A DNA stretch of 32,000 bases from Delftia acidovorans NBRC 14950 (GTDB lineage: Bacteria; Pseudomonadota; Gammaproteobacteria; Burkholderiales; Burkholderiaceae_C). The stretch lies in NCBI RefSeq assembly GCF_001598795.1, contig NZ_BCZP01000001.1, positions 60,001-92,000 on the forward strand, written 5' to 3'. The notes below the pieces were generated by a model that saw nothing but the letters and a program-made list of their open reading frames with translations, searched no databases and had not been told where the DNA came from. Shown here piece by piece: positions 27,247 through 32,000 of the stretch (position 1 is its first letter; each line of letters begins with the position of its first letter). The translations under genes and the position numbers were made by a program.

Positions 27247-28134
27247 ATGCTTTCCCGATTGCGCAATCTTTCATGGCCTGCCGCCTTGCTGATGGCCGGA
27301 TTGTCCGGACTGGCCCTGCTGATGGTGGCGGCCTGGCTGGTGGGCAGCCTGTTGAGCCAGCCGGACCACCAGCCTGTCGGCGCGCCGCCCGCGGACTGGC
27401 CGGTCCAGACGCTGCAGTTGCCCACCGACGAGGGCGGGCAGGTCCGGGGCTGGTTCGCCAAGGGGCAGCCGGGCCATGGGGCCGTGCTGCTGCTGCACGG
27501 CGTGTACGCAGACCGGCTGGCCATGCTGGCGCGTGCGCGCATGCTCCATCGGCAGGGGTACTCCGTCTGCCTGATCGACCTGCCCGCGCACGGCGAAAGC
27601 AGTGGCGAGCGCATCAGCTTCGGCATGGTCGAAGGCGCAGGCGTGCGTGCCGCCATGGCCTATGTGCGGCAGCAACTGCCGGGCGAGAAGGTGGCGGTGA
27701 TCGGCACATCGCTGGGCGGCGCGGCCCTGCTTTTGTCCCATGTGGCGCCGGGGCCGGATGCGGTGGTGCTGGAGTCCGTGTTCCCCGACATCCGGCAGGC
27801 CATAGACAACCGCGTGCGTGCGCACATCGGCTGGCTGGCGGACGTGGTCACGCCCTTGCTGGCGTGGCAGCTGCCGCTGCGCCTGCATCTGGAGCTGGCG
27901 CAACTGCGTCCCATCGACCATGTGAAGGCGCTGGGCGCTCCCGTGCTGATCGCGGCCGGCCTGCAGGACCGGCACACCACGCCCGCAGAAACCCGCGAAC
28001 TGTTCGATGCGGCGCGTGAGCCCAAGGCGCTGTGGATGGTGGAAGGCGCCGCGCATGTGGACCTGTACGACTACGCGCCCAAGCCCTACGAGCAGCGGGT
28101 GCTGGGATTCCTGGATCGATATCTGGGCCATTGA
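27247..28134 (+). CDS. alpha/beta hydrolase with N-terminal membrane anchor
   Basis: ORF 26662..28134 trimmed to the ATG at 27247 (MLSRLRNLSWPAALLMAGLSGLALLMVAAWLV), giving 295 aa. It has the LLLHG oxyanion region, the nucleophile elbow GTSLGG, and a late D...H (GLQDRH, GAAHVD). Confidence 0.85.
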   Translation: MLSRLRNLSWPAALLMAGLSGLALLMVAAWLVGSLLSQPDHQPVGAPPADWPVQTLQLPTDEGGQVRGWFAKGQPGHGAVLLLHGVYADRLAMLARARMLHRQGYSVCLIDLPAHGESSGERISFGMVEGAGVRAAMAYVRQQLPGEKVAVIGTSLGGAALLLSHVAPGPDAVVLESVFPDIRQAIDNRVRAHIGWLADVVTPLLAWQLPLRLHLELAQLRPIDHVKALGAPVLIAAGLQDRHTTPAETRELFDAAREPKALWMVEGAAHVDLYDYAPKPYEQRVLGFLDRYLGH

Positions 28135-28192
28135 TGGAGACAATGGCGGGCAGGCCTTGACCTGCCCATCTGACGCCGTCTCCACCAAGCCC

Positions 28193-29218
28193 ATGCCACA
28201 GACCACGGCCCACACCATTGCCATTGCCCAGGTCCTGCAGATCGTGCAGGGCGTGCAGCGCAATGGCATGGATGTGCCAGCCATCCTGCGCCGCGCCGGC
28301 ATTGCGCCGGCCCTGCTGGATGCGCCGCTGTCGCGCGTGACCCAGGCGCAGTACGCGGCGCTGATCCGCGTGCTGCGCCGCGTTTGCCGCGACGAGCTGT
28401 GGGGCCTGTGCCGCCATCCGCTGCCCGTGGGCAGTTTTGCCCAGGCCTGCCGCACCATGCTGCCCTGCCGCACGCTGGGCGAGGCATTGCAGGCCGGGCT
28501 GCGTTTCTACCGCCTGGTGCTGCGCGACTTCGCTCCCCGGCTGCAGGTGGTGGACGGCGTGGCCCGCATCGCCATGGTGTCGCTGCGCGAGCGTGATGCG
28601 CCGCTGGCCTATGCCGAGCGTTCCTTTTGCTTTCTGGGCTATGGCGTCATGTCCTGGCTGGTGTCGCGCAGGATTGAGCTGACGGGCGTGTGTGCACCGG
28701 CCGGAGCCAGCATGCCGTATGGCACGGAGGCGCAGCGCCTGTTCCTGGCGCCGCTGCAGCGGGACCGCGACTTCACGGGGCTGGAGTTCGAGGCGCGCTG
28801 GCTGGAGCTGCCCGTGGTGCAGACCCCGGAGAGCCTGGCCGAATTCCTGGACCAGGCGGCCATGGGTCTGGTGATCCGCTACCGCGACCGCACGCGCCTG
28901 GGCGAGCGCATCCGCCGCCTGCTGCGCCGCGATCTGGCGGGGGAGCTGCCTTCGCTGGAGCAGGTGGGCGCCGCGCTGTCCATGACACCGCAGACGCTGC
29001 GCCGCCGCCTGCGCGACGAAGGCCTGGGCTTCCAATCCCTCAAGGACGACCTGCGCCGCGACGCCGCCATCGAATTGCTGAACCGCCCGGATCTGACCCT
29101 GGCCGACATTGCGGCCCGCGTGGGGTTTGCGGAGGCCAGCACCTTTCACCGCGCCTTCAAGGGCTGGACCGGCCTGCCGCCGGGCGCCTACCGGCAGGCC
29201 CAGCATCGCGGCCGTTGA
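28193..29218 (+). CDS. AraC-family transcriptional regulator
   Basis: ORF 28007..29218 trimmed to the ATG at 28193, giving 341 aa. The C-terminal double HTH is LEQVGAALSMTPQTLRRRLRDEGLGFQSL...LADIAARVGFAEASTFHRAFKGWTGLPPGAYR. Confidence 0.88.
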   Translation: MPQTTAHTIAIAQVLQIVQGVQRNGMDVPAILRRAGIAPALLDAPLSRVTQAQYAALIRVLRRVCRDELWGLCRHPLPVGSFAQACRTMLPCRTLGEALQAGLRFYRLVLRDFAPRLQVVDGVARIAMVSLRERDAPLAYAERSFCFLGYGVMSWLVSRRIELTGVCAPAGASMPYGTEAQRLFLAPLQRDRDFTGLEFEARWLELPVVQTPESLAEFLDQAAMGLVIRYRDRTRLGERIRRLLRRDLAGELPSLEQVGAALSMTPQTLRRRLRDEGLGFQSLKDDLRRDAAIELLNRPDLTLADIAARVGFAEASTFHRAFKGWTGLPPGAYRQAQHRGR

Positions 29219-29360
29219 TCTTTTTTGCCAATCATTTTGAGACGATCGGCGATTGGTGGCTGAAGGCCCGGTGGCCACACTGTCCATGGACCCTGCCACT
29301 GCGGCAGGGCACACCGCCCCGCCAACGAGGGCGGAGCACCGAAGGACAAGGAGACAAGCC

Positions 29361-30374
29361 ATGGAATCGAGCCGACGCGGCTGCCTGCGGGCGGCGCTGG
29401 CATGCGCCGCCAGCGCCTCACTGGGTGCCGCCCTGGGAACGGCATCGCCGATCGCCTTTGCACAGCCGGCAGGCGGTGCCTATCCGTCCAAGCCGCTGCG
29501 CATGGTGATTCCCTATCCGGCGGGTGGCGGCACGGACATCATCGGCCGCATCATTGCCCAGCAACTGAGCCAGGCCTGGGGCCAGCCCGTGGTGGTGGAG
29601 AACCGGCCGGGCTCCAGCGGCATCATCGGCGGTGACGTGGTGGCCAAGTCGGCGCCCGATGGCTATACGCTGCTGCTGGGGATCACGGCCATGATCCAGT
29701 CGCCGGCGCTGTACGCAAAGATGCCCTATGACGTGCTCAGGGACTTTGCCCCCGTATCGCAGGTGGCCCTGTCCTCGGACCTGTTCGTGGTGCCGCGCGA
29801 CGTGCCGGCCACGACGCTGCAGGAGTTCATCGCCCTGGTCAAGGCCCATCCGGGCAAGTACAGCAACGGCAACTACGGCAACGGCACCTCCTCGCACATG
29901 CATGGCGAGCTGCTGCGTGCCAGGGCCGGGCTGGATCTGGCGCTGATTCCCTACAAGGGCGCGGCGCCGCTGGTCAACGATGTGCTGGGCGGGCAGCTGT
30001 CGTCGGGCTTCATCGACGTGTCCTCGGCCAATGCGCACCTGAAGTCCGAAAAGATCCGCATCCTGGCCATCACCGGCATGCAGCGCCATCCGGCGCTGCC
30101 CGATGTGCCCACCTTTGCCGAGTTGGGGCTGGCGGGCTTCGAGGCCAATGGCTGGTTCGCCACCTTCGTGGCGGCGGGAACGCCCCGGCCCATCGTGGAC
30201 AAGCTCTCGGCCGAGGTGCGGCGCATTGTGGCCTCGCCCGAACTCAGCGGCCGCCTGGCGGCCATGGGGCTGCGCCCGGTGGGCGGTACGCCCGAGGAGC
30301 TGTCAGCGGCCATGGCGCGCGACCTGCCGCGCTGGGCGCGCATCGTCAAGGATGCGGGAATCAGGCTGGAGTAG
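29361..30374 (+). CDS. Bug-family (TctC-like) tripartite tricarboxylate transporter substrate-binding protein
   Basis: ORF 29253..30374 trimmed to the ATG at 29361, with AGGAG 8 nt upstream. The signal peptide is Tat-like (SRRGCLRAALA). The Bug signature is YPSKPLRMVIPYPAGGGTDIIGRIIAQQLSQAWGQPVVVENRPGSSG. Confidence 0.9.
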   Translation: MESSRRGCLRAALACAASASLGAALGTASPIAFAQPAGGAYPSKPLRMVIPYPAGGGTDIIGRIIAQQLSQAWGQPVVVENRPGSSGIIGGDVVAKSAPDGYTLLLGITAMIQSPALYAKMPYDVLRDFAPVSQVALSSDLFVVPRDVPATTLQEFIALVKAHPGKYSNGNYGNGTSSHMHGELLRARAGLDLALIPYKGAAPLVNDVLGGQLSSGFIDVSSANAHLKSEKIRILAITGMQRHPALPDVPTFAELGLAGFEANGWFATFVAAGTPRPIVDKLSAEVRRIVASPELSGRLAAMGLRPVGGTPEELSAAMARDLPRWARIVKDAGIRLE

Positions 30375-31836
30375 CCGGCGCTGCCCGTGCCCGTGCCCTG
30401 TCTTCGCTGTCGCCAGTGCCCTGGCCCGGAGGCAGGGGCTGTGGCCAGGCAGGCTGCGGCGGCCGCAGCTGCTCCAGCACACGGCTGAGCCGCAGCACGC
30501 CCAGGTCGTCAAAGCGCCGGCCCGCGATCTGCACGCCGATGGGCAACTGCCCGTCATGCCCGCAGGGCACGGACGCGGCGGGCTGCTCGGACATGTTGTA
30601 GGGCACGGTGAAGGCAATGTGCTCCAGCGGTCGCAGCGGGTCGTTGGTGGGGCTGGGCAGGTGGGCCGGGAAAGCCGTGATGGGCGCCACGGGCGACAGC
30701 ACATAGTCGAAGGCCGCCGTGGCACGCACCGTGGCCACGCGCAGCAGGTGCGATTGCTGGCTGGCCACGAACAGCTGGGTGGCGGTGATGGACCCGGCAC
30801 TGTCGGCCCAGTCGCGGATGAAGGGCAGGACCACGCGGCGCTGGGCGTCCGGCAGCGACTGCATTTCCACATGCGAGCGCATGCGCCAGAAATGGTCGAG
30901 GCCGTCGAGCATGTCGCGGGTGAGCCAGGGCTGGATGATCTCGATATGGGCACCGGCCGATTCCAGCCAGGCCGCAGCCTGCTCCACCACGGCACGCACG
31001 CGGGGCTGCAAGGGCAGGCCGCAGCCGGCATCCAGCAGCAGGCCTATGCGCAGGCCGCGCACCTGGGCGGGGTCCATGTCGAAGCCGCTCCAGGCAATGT
31101 CCTGGTGCGGCAGGCCCATGCTGTCGCGCGCATCGGACAGGGACAGGGCCTGCATCATCAGCGCGGCATCGGCCACGCTGCGCGTCATGGGGCCGGCGCA
31201 GCGGCCGGTGTAGGGCGGGTCTATGGGCACGCGGCCCAGGCTGGGCTTGAGGCCGAAGATGCCGCACCAGCCTGCGGGCAGGCGGATGGAGCCGCCAATG
31301 TCCGTGCCCACATGCAGCGGCCCGTAGCCGGCCGCCGCAGCGGCGCCCGCGCCTGCGCTGGAGCCGCCCGGCGTCTTGTCCAGATCCCAGGGGTTGAAGG
31401 TGTTGCCGTGCAGCGAGGACAGGCCCGAGGACAGCATGCCGTAGTCGGGCATGGTGGTCTTGGCGAAGAGGATGGCGCCCGCTTCGCGCAGCCGCGCAGC
31501 GGGCGGTGCGTCCAGCGGCGCGGCGACCTGGGGTGTGGCGGCCGTGCCCACGGGGGTGGGGTCGCCGCGCGTGGCGATGTTGTCCTTGACCGTGGCGGGG
31601 ACGCCGTCGAGCAGGCCTGCCGGCTCGCCGCGCAGCCAGCGGGCCTCGCTGGCGCGTGCCTGGGCCAGTGCGGCCTCGGGGCGCAGCAGGTAGGTTGCGC
31701 CCAGGGCCGGCTCCCAGCGCTGCACATGGGCCAGCAGCTCGTGCATGACCTCGACGGGCGAGAGGCTGCGCTCCCGGTAGGCGCGCAGCAGCGCATGGGC
31801 GGGTAGGTCGTGCAGGGCCTGTGTCGTTCCAGTCAT
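30361..31836 (-). CDS. amidase-signature family amidase
   Basis: 491-aa ORF with AS signature GGSSAGAGAAAAAGYGPLHVGTDIGGSIRLPA. AAGGAAG lies 7 nt upstream of the ATG at 31836. The last 35 or so residues are a Pro/Ala/Arg-rich tail, and the final codons plus stop overlap the convergent TctC gene by 14 bp. Confidence 0.9.
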   Translation of the reverse strand: MTGTTQALHDLPAHALLRAYRERSLSPVEVMHELLAHVQRWEPALGATYLLRPEAALAQARASEARWLRGEPAGLLDGVPATVKDNIATRGDPTPVGTAATPQVAAPLDAPPAARLREAGAILFAKTTMPDYGMLSSGLSSLHGNTFNPWDLDKTPGGSSAGAGAAAAAGYGPLHVGTDIGGSIRLPAGWCGIFGLKPSLGRVPIDPPYTGRCAGPMTRSVADAALMMQALSLSDARDSMGLPHQDIAWSGFDMDPAQVRGLRIGLLLDAGCGLPLQPRVRAVVEQAAAWLESAGAHIEIIQPWLTRDMLDGLDHFWRMRSHVEMQSLPDAQRRVVLPFIRDWADSAGSITATQLFVASQQSHLLRVATVRATAAFDYVLSPVAPITAFPAHLPSPTNDPLRPLEHIAFTVPYNMSEQPAASVPCGHDGQLPIGVQIAGRRFDDLGVLRLSRVLEQLRPPQPAWPQPLPPGQGTGDSEDRARARAAPATPA

Positions 31837-31936
31837 CGCGGCTTCCTTGAGGATGGTGGTTCCAGCGGCAGATCTGCTGCAGTTTGGACCGGGGCCACCG
31901 GCGCGCCTGTCGCCTGTGGCTCAGCCGGTGCGCGGT

Positions 31937-32000
31937 TCAGGTGGCCCAGGACAGTGCCGAGAGATCGTTGACGAAGATGGGCATGTCCTTCCACAGTCCG
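31937..32000 (-). CDS. C-terminal end of an unidentified protein (gene runs off the right edge)
   Basis: The reverse-complement frame ending at TGA (31937-31939) reads ...GLWKDMPIFVNDLSALSWAT* with GC-rich third positions like the neighbouring genes. It is too short to assign a family. Confidence 0.3.
   Translation of the reverse strand, partial: GLWKDMPIFVNDLSALSWAT

Noticed and set aside
30454-30470. Perfect palindrome GCTGCGGCgGCCGCAGC and the nearby CCCGTG direct repeat (30385-30399) as a terminator or regulatory site.
   Set aside because: Both lie inside the amidase reading frame (its C-terminal tail). A one-nucleotide loop cannot form a hairpin and there is no U tract.

Overview
High-G+C bacterial chromosomal segment. 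Gene content points to Burkholderiales/Comamonadaceae (inference): a Bug/TctC-type binding protein, the ubiE-Tim44-ubiJ-ubiB layout, and fmdB-DUF502-aspS-nudB. Most of the window is ordinary core genome. On the minus strand, 1-4626 holds a complete ugpBAEC(Q) sn-glycerol-3-phosphate uptake operon. From 5047 to 14201 runs a tight co-directional array: a 1304-aa DUF3683/FAD/Fe-S oxidoreductase, a HIT protein, a DUF971 protein, then ubiE, a Tim44-like membrane protein, ubiJ and ubiB. From 14260 to 18569 lies the least core-like stretch. It contains a sodium:solute symporter broken by one in-frame TAG, an AT-rich palindrome-bearing spacer, and an 894-aa secreted Cys-containing repeat protein. That protein has four exact 333-bp tandem units and a PEP/IPTL-CTERM-like C-terminal sorting tail. 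Next comes fmdB-DUF502-aspS, closed by a strong terminator. A terminator-bounded four-gene unit follows: CsgG-like lipoprotein, nudB, an EEP-family phosphoesterase and folE. The last third holds EamA and LysE exporters, a DUF429-like protein, an alpha/beta hydrolase, an AraC regulator, a Bug/TctC binding protein and a convergent amidase. I saw no tRNA/rRNA genes, CRISPR arrays, transposases, integrases or recognisable defence genes. I cannot point to a clear multi-gene novel system. The best leads are the nudB-EEP-folE unit with its coupled lipoprotein, the sorting-tail repeat protein, and the uncharacterised genes wired into the ubiquinone cluster. All family calls come from motif recognition by eye; no database search was run.
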